Positions 25,475 to 36,623 of a stretch of 64,000 nucleotides of DNA are shown in pieces. Numbering within the stretch: position 1 is the first letter of the stretch; each line of letters opens with the position of its first letter. A program made the translations under genes and the position numbers. The notes under the pieces are model-generated. The model ran no database searches. It saw only the letters and a program-made list of their open reading frames with translations, and was not told the origin of the DNA. This DNA is from Phoronis australis (Eukaryota; Animalia; Phoronida), in the NCBI GenBank assembly GCA_002633005.1, contig NMRA01000114.1:898827-962826 (forward strand), written 5' to 3'.

Positions 25475-26494
25475 CTGCAAAATGAGTGCGAGTCAAGTAA
25501 TACGATAGGAAATTAAAATGTCATTTTCAACCACACACATGATAAAACTACAGCTGAAGTAGCAGCGATGGGGCTTCTAGTTTTACACAAAAGATCATTA
25601 TACTATGTTTATTATGACGTTTGCTGACGACCGGACTGGCATGGAGGCAGGGATCTCTGAGCTAACAAACACGCACGTAAGAAGGCCTATGTAGTTCTAT
25701 CCGAAAGTACTCTGAACTTGAAAATTGTTCAAGTGTTTTGCATATAGGTGTTTACAAAGCACAGCTGGCACCCCTTTGAATATATCCACCACTTAAATTC
25801 AGAGTAGATCGTTTGTTTTTCGAACTATGGCTTTCACTTTGAGTCCAACTAAGGTAAAAATATCAGAAACACAAATGAATTTAAACTTGACTTTATCTTA
25901 CCCGAACTTGAGAGCGCAAATGTATTGAAAAAATTTTGCCGTTATCAATCAGAGACGTTGAGGTAAATCGCCATTTTTACACTGTGCACGCCAGCGAATA
26001 CGACGTCATACCCCCTGCGGCGCGCAGTGTTAAAAAACGGCGAGTGACTTTGAGGTTTTAGTGAGTGTGAGTCATAATTTGCCAAAAAAGCTTCCAGCGC
26101 ATGAAGCTCGTATAGGAGCTCCACCGTCTCTACTGGGCCAGCATGAGACGGTGATCACTGTGTAGAGGTAATGTGCGTTCATCTGAACTCTGCCAATAAA
26201 AGTGAGTTCATCATCATCACACCTGTTGTCGGAATTTTTGAATGACGGAGGCTTTTGTCAGGTTGACAAACATCTTACACTCATCCCAGCAATTGTTATC
26301 CACGTTTTCAGCCAGTCGGTTATACAACAAAGCGAACATTAAATCGTTAAGAAATGAAAACGGCTAAGCTTTGGTTTACCTATGGTATTATTTCAATTAC
26401 TGGTGACATTTTAGTTGATCATATACATTGGCCTCTCATACGGTGGATAGTACGCATGCAGCATTTCAAGGTAGTTACCTGGCTTCATAACAAC

Positions 26495-26574
26495 TGGTCA
26501 GATTTCGTCGAACGGATTTTTTAAAATCCGTTCGACGAAATCTGACCATATTAGTCTTTAAAAAGACTAATATG
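26495..26574. repeat. Two abutting perfect palindromes (26-bp arms and 13-bp arms)
   Basis: 26495-26520 pairs with 26523-26548, and 26547-26559 pairs with 26562-26574. Confidence 0.9.
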
Positions 26575-26902
26575 CTGCTCATATAATCTCATATTTTTCT
26601 TAAAGAAAACGGTATACACAAGGAAACAATACACGAATATCTGTAGTCACAGAGTGGTGATTTTTCCTGAAAATATAAGTCTTTATAGAAATTGAGGCAA
26701 TTTGCACGCGTACACGTTAGTAAACCTCAATTGTTGATTTTGTTAATGCATTTGATTATCTACAATGGCATGGATGTAAGTTTATTGTAAAGATTTTTGG
26801 GCTACTTCTTAAAACTGCAGCTGCATAGACATACTTAAACAACAGGCTATCGCACATTTTGTCAAAAGGATGGCACATCACATAAAAAACGAAAGAACTG
26901 AT

Positions 26903-27087
26903 CCCCACAAGTTGTAAAATGACCACTCCAGTTTTCATGGCCGAAACAAGACATGGTTCATTCCCTAGATTTGCCAGAAACTGGAATTTCGTTTGACATG
27001 CAAAAGTTACAGCAATACTGTAGGGCCATTTAGGTGACGACAAATTGATAGCATCTTTGTGGACTGTGGGATCAATGTACTTGGTTA
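26903..27087 (-). pseudogene. Dead type-B sushi pseudo-exon
   Basis: 185 nt (1-nt deletion), first Cys TGC>TAC, CGA>TGA in the ancestral frame, donor GTCAGT>ATCAGT. The acceptor is still intact. Confidence 0.85.
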
Positions 27088-29111
27088 CTGAAAGGACAAT
27101 AATGAACGGTAAATTGAGGCCAATGTCCGAGTCGGTCTTGAAGAATTTGAAAGTCCTCTGTTACCATATTTTCATTTATTGCAATAATGCAACGAAATGA
27201 TCACAAGGAAATCGTGACCAAATGTAATTTGACCTACAAAAGATCAATTGTACTTTCTAATTTGGACAGTGTATGGAGAAAAGAAAATGATCTATACTTG
27301 AATAGATGGGGGAGGGTTTCTTGTTTCTAACACAGCGATTTCAGTTTGTCAAAATCACCAAATGCAAACCAAACATCGTAATCTACTGCTGGGTTTGAAA
27401 TGCATTCGTGCACATTTACTGTGCTTGGCCCTAGGCTTAGAGATGTTATGTTGGTCAGTACACGAGATTTGATCAGCTGCTTTGCATTTTCTCTGTGTTT
27501 AAAACTGAAAACGAAGGGTATTATTCAAGACAAAACAAGTGGTAATTGCACCGTACTCTGCAGGCGTCACGAGACCCGACNAGGCCCGCCTAGGTGCTAC
27601 GTCAGAGCTTGCCCGCCCTGCCTCCGGCCGCTTGATGACGATAGCATGATCACTAAGTCGTGGTATGGTTACAAAAGATTACAAGTCTGGTGTGGCAGTT
27701 GCAAAAAATGGGGTATTTACAAAAATAACTCAAATTCTTTTTTAAAGCTTCATAAATCTAAATATCATGTTTGAACAACTTCAAAAGGAGCTCTCTCTAA
27801 CTCTACAGGCATAGTGTATACTAGAGGTACACGTCAAAAATAATTCAACAGTTTATTTTTAGTGACAACATCTCGACCAAGGCTTTGAGATCCGGCAGTA
27901 ATCCAGTGCCCTTCCCTGTGCCGATCGAATCTTTGAATTTTGACCGAGACAGAAGTTCAGTTGAACGCCAGCCTACGGTTTATGAATAACAAAAATGTAC
28001 CTCTGATACGAAACAAAATAATGTCCATTAGGTTGAAATAAATAAAAAACATAAAATAGAAATGTCCTTGAAAACAACAATTTCCGGGGACTACCGCTAC
28101 AGTGCTGAGATCCAGCAGGTGCCGAGACAAAGGCGGAAACTCCGGAGTCATAATCTGAGATAGCCCTGCACCATAGCCACCAAGCTGAAAATTCCGTTTC
28201 TTGGAACTAATATATTTGTGTTTATTATAGCCTTCGAGTTATCAAGCAACATCGCTAAGTTCAGGTGCTCGTGTGGCCGTATACAGTTTGATCCATAATT
28301 TATGCTTTTCAACATCATTTTTCGGCTTAGGACATGCCACAAAATGACGGGATATTATTCTGGAGCAGCATAACGGCTGTCTGTGCTACACACGCCATAT
28401 CAACACCGTTTCCCCATTCTTAGCGGACAATTTCTTGAGCTATAGACTAAAGTAAGTTTTACTCGACTACGTGTGGTTTGTCGGGTAAAATGGCGGTTTG
28501 GAAACGCAGACGAAGGTGTGCCAAGAATGCTGCGTTCTGATTGGTCAATTAAGCCGTCCCTCATAGTCCTGGCGATAGGTCAATTGCTAGTCGCCGACTT
28601 TACCACTACACCACGCAGCGACTGACGTCATCAAGAGTGAAAATAGAAAACTTAAATGAGCACGCGCAATAATCGAATAATTTCCATAAAAATGATATCT
28701 TAATTCAGTGAAATTATACTCTCATCTCCTCTTACTTGTAAATCACCGATCTCCTGTTTGAATGCGGGTATCGTGTCGTCAGGATCTTTGACTTGAGAAT
28801 TATATTCAGTTACCAGTGGTAACCTATATTAGCAGACGATAATTTCCCGGTCGAAGCTTAGCGTGAAAAAAAAAACGTTTTTTAAGCTATAATAGTTGGT
28901 AAACCTTAATTTATCAATTCAATTTATTTCTATTATATTTAGGTTTTCAATTGGTTTTGAGTAAAAGCATTATTTGACAAAAATAGCCCGGCTTTTCTTA
29001 AAAGGTCACGACCTCCTACCCCGGGCCTCTGACATAGAAAGTAGTTACGAAGCCGTGGAGAATCAGAAAAGGTAAATCGATTCATTGCAATGTTTCTCGT
29101 TTAGTATGTGG

Positions 29112-29284
29112 TATAAATAGATTATTACATGTTATCAGCCGTTATCCCCCTTATCTAGAGCCCTCGTGGATTTTGGAGAATTGTCACCCTCGGGGCTAAT
29201 GCCCCTCGGGCGATAATTCTCCAAAATCAACTCGGGCTCTAGATAAGGGGGATAACGACTTCGCCATGTAATAATCTATATGTA
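29112..29284. mobile_element. Fold-back (palindromic) MITE, ~170 bp
   Basis: TAGATTATTACATG...CCCCTTATCTAGAGCCC...GGGGC-taat-GCCCC...GGGCTCTAGATAAGGGG...CATGTAATAATCTA. Confidence 0.75.
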
Positions 29285-29879
29285 TTTATGAGAACACGTG
29301 ACTTTGGCTAGATTTTAGCTAGGTCCTAGCCACGCCTGCTCGACTCTGTACAAGATAAGTTTCAGCGACCCAGGTGTCAATTTACTTGACAATGAACTTA
29401 GACCCCCTGTGATTATAAAAGACCCGTTGCTTTGCAATATTCCTTGGGCCCAATGTTCCTCAGAACTGCGATGTTCCAGGCCCTTACCATCTTCTAGCGA
29501 TATTTTTTATTCTTCTCTCCGTACAACCCTCTCACCGTGAGTAGCGCCAATTTTCATTCTCAGGGTGGCCAGTCGACCACGTAGATTTTTCAGGCTCGAT
29601 ACTATGGGAAGAATTTTGTTCAGGTTCAAACTGGCCAGTGTAGAAACAAAATTATTCTGGGTGCAGTGCAGAGTGGTAAAATTAGAGGTAAGTAGGCGCC
29701 CAAAGCCCACGGTATCACCTTTAGCACTGAACGTAACTTACGGTGCGTAGGCTCTACGTTCAAATGCCAAAAGGTGGTTGGCTGCGCCTACGTGCGCCTA
29801 CCCNAATAGCATTTCTTGCTATTCTAGTCATTTAGTTTCTTATTACCGCAAACATTCACGTATAATATTCATCTATTAA

Positions 29880-32800
29880 AGGGGAATGCTACCCGATTTA
29901 ATTAGTCTTTTTTGCCGTTTTAATCGGTCTATATCCACATCGCCTCGCATACGGTCGCGTTAACCTGTGAGGAAGGTGAGAAACGACGCTAGCGACGTCA
30001 ATGTTTCATATGCAGAGTGAATGCCGCTATGTTGCGGTGCATCGTTCCCGCTTGTCCGAACTAAGCTTTTGCGAGGAAAGAGGGTATATCGTTTTTTTAC
30101 TTCCTCGAGAGTCCGAAATGCTTAGAAACTGGCCCATGGTAGTGAAGAACTAAATGTACGCTGTAAATAGCAAGTATGAGGCCGTGAAACATCTCCGTGT
30201 CTGTGGCCTGCAGACGTCGACAGTGCCTGACGAATGCCGGCTTACCAAATAACTCCATACGTTCCGTTGTCTGAGCTTGTTCATGGCGCCTCTGTAGTAT
30301 TTCTTCATCACTGTATTCCTGTTCGAATTGATAGCCTGTAAAACTAAACGATCAACCTGCGAAGTCGGGACTGAAGAGCTCTAGCTCGTCCTAAGTCGGG
30401 ATTGCGACGGTTGCCATGTTGGCGATTATTACTGAGCGTTCTGTTTCAAAATGAATTATTCTCACCCTAACCAATACTTATATATATCTGAAACAAAGTC
30501 TNAAGAACCCTGAGAAAAGGCGACCTGAAAGTTGAAACGAAAAAGTGCATCAGCGATGATGTTAGTGTAGCCAGGGATATGTCTTGCCCGAAAATGAACG
30601 CTAAAGGTAAGAGCGGAGATGACCAGACGACGAACAAGGGACATAATAGGGTGGTGGCGGTAGGAGGTCTTGTTGATAATGTCAACAACGGCACGGTTGT
30701 CGCACAGGAAGAGGATCTTGTGATTGGCGAGCTTCGATCCCCACAGCTCTAGCGCTATGACGAAAAGAAGAAGTTCCTTGAAGGTGATGTGATGGTGATG
30801 CAGGTGGTCGGGTCACGGACAGGCAAACCAGGAAGCACCCAGTGTCGCAGCAAAACCCCCATTAGAACCTGCAGCATCAGAGTACTCTTTGATGGTGTCT
30901 GAAGATGTCCACGTCATCAAATAGAAACAGTGTTTTCTCATTGAAACCTCGGAGAAAGATAGACCAAACCCAAAGATCCGCTCTAGCTTCTTTATTGAGA
31001 GTGACGAAGTGGTCTGGTCTCGAAATTTCAATGGTGAGATTGATGAGGCGGCGCAGGAAGGCGCAGCCGGGCACTATGACGGAGCAGGCGAAGTTTAGTG
31101 GACCAATGAGGGATTGAAGATTGCGAAGAGTAAACTTGCGGTGCTTCTGGAAGTCGAGGAGGAGGATGGATGCTTTGTCCACCTTTTCCTGTGGGACAGA
31201 AGTAGTCATGGTGGTAGAGTCGAGGTGGATGCCATAAATGGTGATGGAGGTGGTCGACTGAATTGTCTTGTTGTGGTTGATAGGAATGCCTAGGGAGTCG
31301 CAAAGTGATATGAATGCGGCAAGGTCCCGGGAGCATGTCGGCGAGGATGAGGGCCCACGAAAAGGAAGTCATCGAGGTAGTACGAAACGCAGGCGACCTT
31401 CAACTTGGTTTCCAGGATCCATTGAATCGCAGAACTGACCTTCTCGAAGATGTTGCAGCTGGAGGCACAGTCAAATGGCAGGCACCTGTCGTAGTAGAAG
31501 TTGTTTGCTCAGGAGAGACATAAGATGTGGTAGTCGACAGTGTGCAAATGTACGATGCGAAAAGCGTCCTTGAAGTCAGTCTTACCCATGAGGGAGTGAC
31601 GTCCCAACCGTGGTGGATAGCGTCCGTGATGGACTGGTACTGGAATTGGGAGAAATGAGGGTGTATGAAGGAGTTAAAGGAATATGCCACCCGTCTTTTT
31701 TGCCGTCTTAATCCAAATCGCCTCGCATACGGTAGACCTTACCTTGCCAAGAGGTGTCACGTTAACCTGTGAGGAAGGTGAGAAACGACCCTAGCGACGT
31801 CAGTGGTTCATACGCAGAGTGAATGCCGCTAAATTGCGGTGCATCGTTCTCGCTTGTCCGAACTAAGGACCTGCGAGGAAAGCGGGTATATCGTTTTTTT
31901 ACTTCATCGAGAGTCCGAAATGCTTAAGAAGTGGCTCATGGTAGTGAAGAATGAAATGTACGCTGTAAATAGCAAGTATGAGGCCGTTAAACATCTCCGT
32001 GTCTGTGGCTTGGAGACGTCGACAGTGCCTGACAAATGCCGGCTTACCAAATAACTCCATACGTTCCGTTGTCTGAGCTTGTTCACAGCGCCTCTCTAGT
32101 ATTTCTTCGTCACTGTGGTCCAGTTCGAATTGATAGCCTGTCAAACTTAACGATCCACCTGCGAAGTCGGGACTGATGAGCTCTAGCTCGTCCTAAGTCG
32201 GGATTGGGAGTTGCCATGATCATGTTGGCGTTTATTACTGAGCGTTCTGTTTCAAAATTAATTATTCTGACCCTAACCAATTTATAACTGTTTGTCTCAT
32301 TAGATGCAATTAGTAATGCCTTTTGAGTGTTCGTGAGTGCAAATGATTTGAGAAGCCACTGAGCAATGAATAAATCACTGCGTTACCGGCTTTAGGTGCA
32401 ATAAAACTAATTGACGGGACACCAAGGCTCATACGTGTGATCTCATGCTAATTTAGTGTTTGCTGGCAGAAACTGTTGTGAAACAACTCGATTTCCATTC
32501 CACGGCCAGGTGTTAGGGGAATCTTTATTTACATTTACATTACTCAAATAATGATTGCCAATGTACAACTTTTGCCCTGACAGTGCTGTGGCCAAATCGG
32601 AACCTGAATTCGCGGCACCCGACGATTAGGTAGATTTGCAGTTTCGTGGCTAATTCACCAACATAATCAGGTGCACATTACTTTGACTCACTAGTATAGT
32701 AAATTNCCCCGACGAGTAAGTAGATTTGCAGTTTCGTGGCTAATTCACCAGCATAATCAGGTGCACATTACTTTGGCTCACTAGTATAGTATTTTTCATG

Positions 32801-33426
32801 ACTGGAAGTTTAGTTTCCACTGAACTTTGGCTCGTTTATGTTCGTGATGTCTGATCAGTTTCCGAGCCACTGGCCGCCGGAGCGAGTTGATCCGGCCGGC
32901 CGCGACAGGCCTGATCGGGCTCCGAGCCACCTGCCAGAATAACAAGCGTTTTGTGTTTAGAACTCAAAAAATCATAAGTCTAAACAACACAGATCTAGGT
33001 TCTCCTGTCTGTATCTCACGGAAAATACTTCGAAATTATCTCCGAACAGACCCCTAACTCCTGCTTCGGACCTTATTTGCCTGCCGAACTTTGTAGGCTG
33101 CCGGGTGTGTCCAAATACCAATAAATCCGTAAGAGCGAAATAAAACAACAAGTTTTTATAAGAACTTGGTGTATTTTTAAAGGTTTTACATAGAAGTTTG
33201 ATGATTTATTGGCGTTAAACGATGAACTCAAGCGATAAGCTGACACTAGTAACCCGTGTTGTGAACTGCTGAACAGACTGCGTGTGAAACCGGTGACGTC
33301 ATTGGATAATTTCAACACCTCCGTCTGCCGTCAGGTGTCAGGTGACGCAACCTTACGTGTCCTTATGGATTAGAACTACTCGATCTAAATTGATACAAAT
33401 TAGGTTTTTTTGGGTGGCATGCTCCT
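29880..33426 (+). mobile_element. Kolobok-type non-autonomous element(s) with degenerate THAP domain, interrupted by an n-junction and a DIRS fragment
   Basis: TTAA|AGGGGAATGCTACCC ... GGGTGGCATGCTCCT|TTAA. THAP remnant MLRCIVPACPN...GISFF.LPRE..ML..W...RVCG. The left ~590 bp is present twice (29904-30501 and 31693-32285). Homologous to 43208-44857. Confidence 0.8.
30503..31690 (-). mobile_element. DIRS/Ngaro tyrosine-recombinase retrotransposon fragment (RT + RNase H), frameshifted
   Basis: DFKDAFRIV, YYDRCLPF, YLDDF (YLDD at 31368-31379), LQSLIGPLNFACSVIVPG.AFLRRL, YSDAAG, ITFKEL, CDN.AVV..IN and HIPGYTNIIADAL. Confidence 0.9.
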
Positions 33427-34524
33427 TTAATAACACCTTTGATTTTTTAGGAAAGCGCCTACTGCTCTATTAAGCTAAGTTCAATTAAGCACCAGGGCAC
33501 ACAACGTGAACTGCCAGCGACATTGGTAAAATCTGCTAACGCAAAACCTGGCTTGCATTTTTATTATTTCAAGATCACACACAAATACCCAGTAACGTAG
33601 GCAGCAAATTAACCCTGTGAGGCACACTGTCCTTTCCGTCGACATGGCATCCTCGGTAACCTGACAAAATACATTTCCAGAAAACTAAGTCGTGGAAATT
33701 TCATCAAAATAGGTAGAACTTGACACCTTTCCGTGAAGTATGAGAATTGTTCAAAATCCGAGAGCTTCCCTTCAAAATCAGGTGTTGGCAAATTTCTGTG
33801 GCCTGATTTTTTCGAATGCATGTTTTATCTAATTCACTGCAATCGGAAAATAAGAGCGGCAGACGACCTCGCAGAAAGCGGAGGTTCCGAAGGCGGCGTG
33901 GTTCCTGAAGTTTGCGAGCATGGGAAAAAATAAAGTGACAAAGAGTTCAAGTATTATATTTTGAAGTAAATCCATCACCCGGGAAAATAATTTGTTACTT
34001 GTTGTTATAATTCACATTGCCAAACCACCGTCTCGGAGGCCGTCCTTGTGCTCGTTGCTATCGTCGATCTTTATCTCTAATAATTCGAACACTCGACTTT
34101 CTTCTCTAATAGTTCGTACGGCCAATTTTGTCTCTATTAGCTTTCAAGGGGAAAATAGTACTTACACTAGTGTACAAACTAATAGAGAAAACACCGTAGT
34201 TACAGTATTAACATGAATGAGCTATACACTAATAATTCAGTAATTTCATAACATTGCATTCGAGTAAATATTGACTCCTAGAATGGATTTTATTTGTTGC
34301 GATCAGAAACACATTTTACGTGCCATGAAAAATACCTATTCCTAAATCGCTTTTAGCCTGTTTCACACATTTTAATTCAGATATTAAACAAGGCTTGTGT
34401 ACAAAGATTTTTAGTTTATACATATAAACATGAAAATGGAATGTCAAGTATGTTCTGACTTACAAAAATTGTTTTGTCTTGACTTTCTTTTATAATTTGG
34501 AAATATTTCTCTGACTATTCTGCT

Positions 34525-35400
34525 ACAGGTGTATGAAAACGACTAAAACCAGCCGCATTACCATCCATTTACCTTTCAACAAAGTGAAAGAAAGTCCTTC
34601 AGCAATAAACTGAGAGAATTGAATCTCTCAATTCAGAATGTCAGCCCTTGATATCCCTGATTATGGTTGCATTGGGAAAATTACAGTTGTTTTAACAATT
34701 TTGTTTCATTGTATGTATGTGGTTATTCAGTTTGCCATTTTGTCTTTAAATACACTGATTACTTTTTATTTTCGAATCTTGTGCGTTGCAAATTCTTATC
34801 CAGCTAGCTGCGATTGAAAACGTACTTTGCTTGCATGTGGAACTTTTGTTATAGACAAGTTAACACAAAACTTAAACTGTTCATAGACCTTCTCAAGAAA
34901 GCTCTAAAAATAGTTACACACATAAACAAATCAAATGCAAACCAAGGGTATATTTCGTTTTGATCGCCGGACATTTCTATAGGTCAACAGAAAAATGCCA
35001 ATTCAGCTTTGTGAAGAAGCAGCACAACTGTACTGCATGGTATTTCAAAACTGAAGCAATATTGTGGTTTGAATAATTAGTGACAAACTTGCCTATTGAT
35101 GAAAAATTTATTCGATCATCAAAGTGTAACATTAATGGACTTTTTACTGACAATAAGACAATCGATGCAGTCACTGAATGTTAATTCCACATAAGGTGTA
35201 CCAAATTGAAAAGTTTTTACCATTAGTATTAAGCCTTTCTTCCGAAATAAACTGAAAGTTGATGTCACTCAATGAGAAAGGACAGATGCTTTTGGTTTTC
35301 ATTTCACTGGGATAAAGTTTCAATGGCCTACATAAGCGCCAGTTTCGGCACGTGGCTTTCCTTCTTGTAAACTCATTCAGCCTCAATAGCATCCACAATT
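34525..35400 (+). pseudogene. Degenerate THAP + ISL2EU/Harbinger-like transposase N-terminal remnant
   Basis: RLKPAALPSIY (THAP AVPTIF-like box) near 34540, followed by GVPN*KVF, QMLLVFI and TWLSFL in the order typical of THAP-HTH-DDE_Tnp_4 transposases. Many stops. Confidence 0.4.
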
Positions 35401-35714
35401 AGATCCTTGAAGGTAAACACAACAGCATATCACTTGACTCGCTTTGTGCCCAAAATTAGACCCTGAATCAAACGAGAGTGTTACTAAGTCTTCTTTAACT
35501 TCAGTCCCTCATGTTTCTTCCAAGAAAGGAAATAAGTCATTGTAAGCAGCGCAGTTAACTGGACCNTTTTGTCACCAAAGCACACTGGGATCACACTAGC
35601 CCAAATTCAGTTGCAGTGCTCATTGACCCAGATTTCATGGTAATGGGCCAGCCTGTGGTTTCACTCTTATGTAATTACATAATAACTTGTTGCATAGTGC
35701 AAAATGTAAGCGGC

Positions 35715-35925
35715 TATTAATGACGGGACTACCCTGTAACTGTTGACGATAACAGTGGCACCTGGCGATACTTTCGATTGGACCGAAGTTAACCGTTCAT
35801 ACTGCACCTATGAACTGCGATGTTAACTGGAGCTGTTAACTGCGATCCAGGACCGGAGTTAAGCGTTCATACTGACCGCAACTCCCCAAACCATCGACGC
35901 GTCGACGTTAGTATGAACGGTCCTT
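35715..35925. mobile_element. Dispersed repeat with GGACCGTTCATACT-type ends (Harbinger-like MITE)
   Basis: Highly similar to 48012-48236. Ends with AGTATGAACGGTCC. Confidence 0.6.
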
Positions 35926-36012
35926 TAGAGTGTACATATAGTACTGTGTTTGTTATTTGTTATTTGTTATTATTCCGTGAAAAGTGATTTAATCGGAGTT
36001 GAGCCGGCTCTA
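35926..36012. repeat. Dispersed repeat shared with 63808-63887
   Basis: Shared TGTGTTTGTTATTTGTT...TTAATCGGAGTTGAGCCGGCTCTA. Confidence 0.55.
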
Positions 36013-36470
36013 GCCGGTTCCATCGTCAAACTTTCCGAATATAGTTTAAAGTAATAGAGTGGCAGTAGTATAAATAGCACTCGACACGCAGTCAGGCCCT
36101 AAACCTAACATCTGGTACAAAATTGTTAATTATATGACACTTCTGTCTCAGTTTTCAATTGCTAAATAATATTTTGTCTGCATGTCAGTCGCCGATTCCT
36201 CAGTAACAACAATATCAAATATTGTTATTTAACTATTTTCAGGAGATGTTACAAGTTCAAAGCACAGTTACCGTTGTTTTCATCTTAATTATCTCTTTTC
36301 AAGTAATAAATCGTTTCATTTAAAACTGTTTATTTTACTAGAGAAAACCTGCAACCTAACGCGCAAGTACGTACATATATGATGTGATCTGCCACGTGAG
36401 CAGTCTGAGAGAAGTCTTTAAATAATCTGCTAAAAAACGAAAGAAACTTAGGAATTCGAAGCGTATGGGA

Positions 36471-36623
36471 TAAATACAAAACTTACCTCGATTGGCATAG
36501 ATGAAGTAATATCCCACTCGACATTATTACGCGTATCGACCTTCGATCTCGGTCGATACGAGGAATAATGTCGAGTGGGATGTTACTTCATCTACGCCAC
36601 TCTCGGTACGTTTTCTGTATTTA
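36471..36623. mobile_element. Fold-back (palindromic) MITE, ~150 bp
   Basis: TAGATGAAGTAATATCCCACTCGACATTATT pairs with AATAATGTCGAGTGGGATGTTACTTCATCTA around a short loop at ~36542-36550. Confidence 0.75.

Noticed and set aside
28560-28622. tRNA-like head on the minus strand (GTGGTGTAGTGGTAAAGTCGGCGACT)
   Set aside because: A-box only, with no T-arm/B-box or cloverleaf. At most a SINE fragment, not a tRNA gene.
28736-28823. AG/GTAAG-bounded minus-strand stretch (LPLVTEYNSQVKDPDDTIPAFKQEIGDLQ) as the sushi gene's upstream exon
   Set aside because: The apparent phase is incompatible with the phase-1 modules, it has no signal peptide or Cys pattern, and it lies beyond an n-junction.
32618-32790. 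~83-bp tandem duplication
   Set aside because: An n sits at the junction and the homologous Kolobok copy has one unit; most likely an overlap artefact at a contig join.
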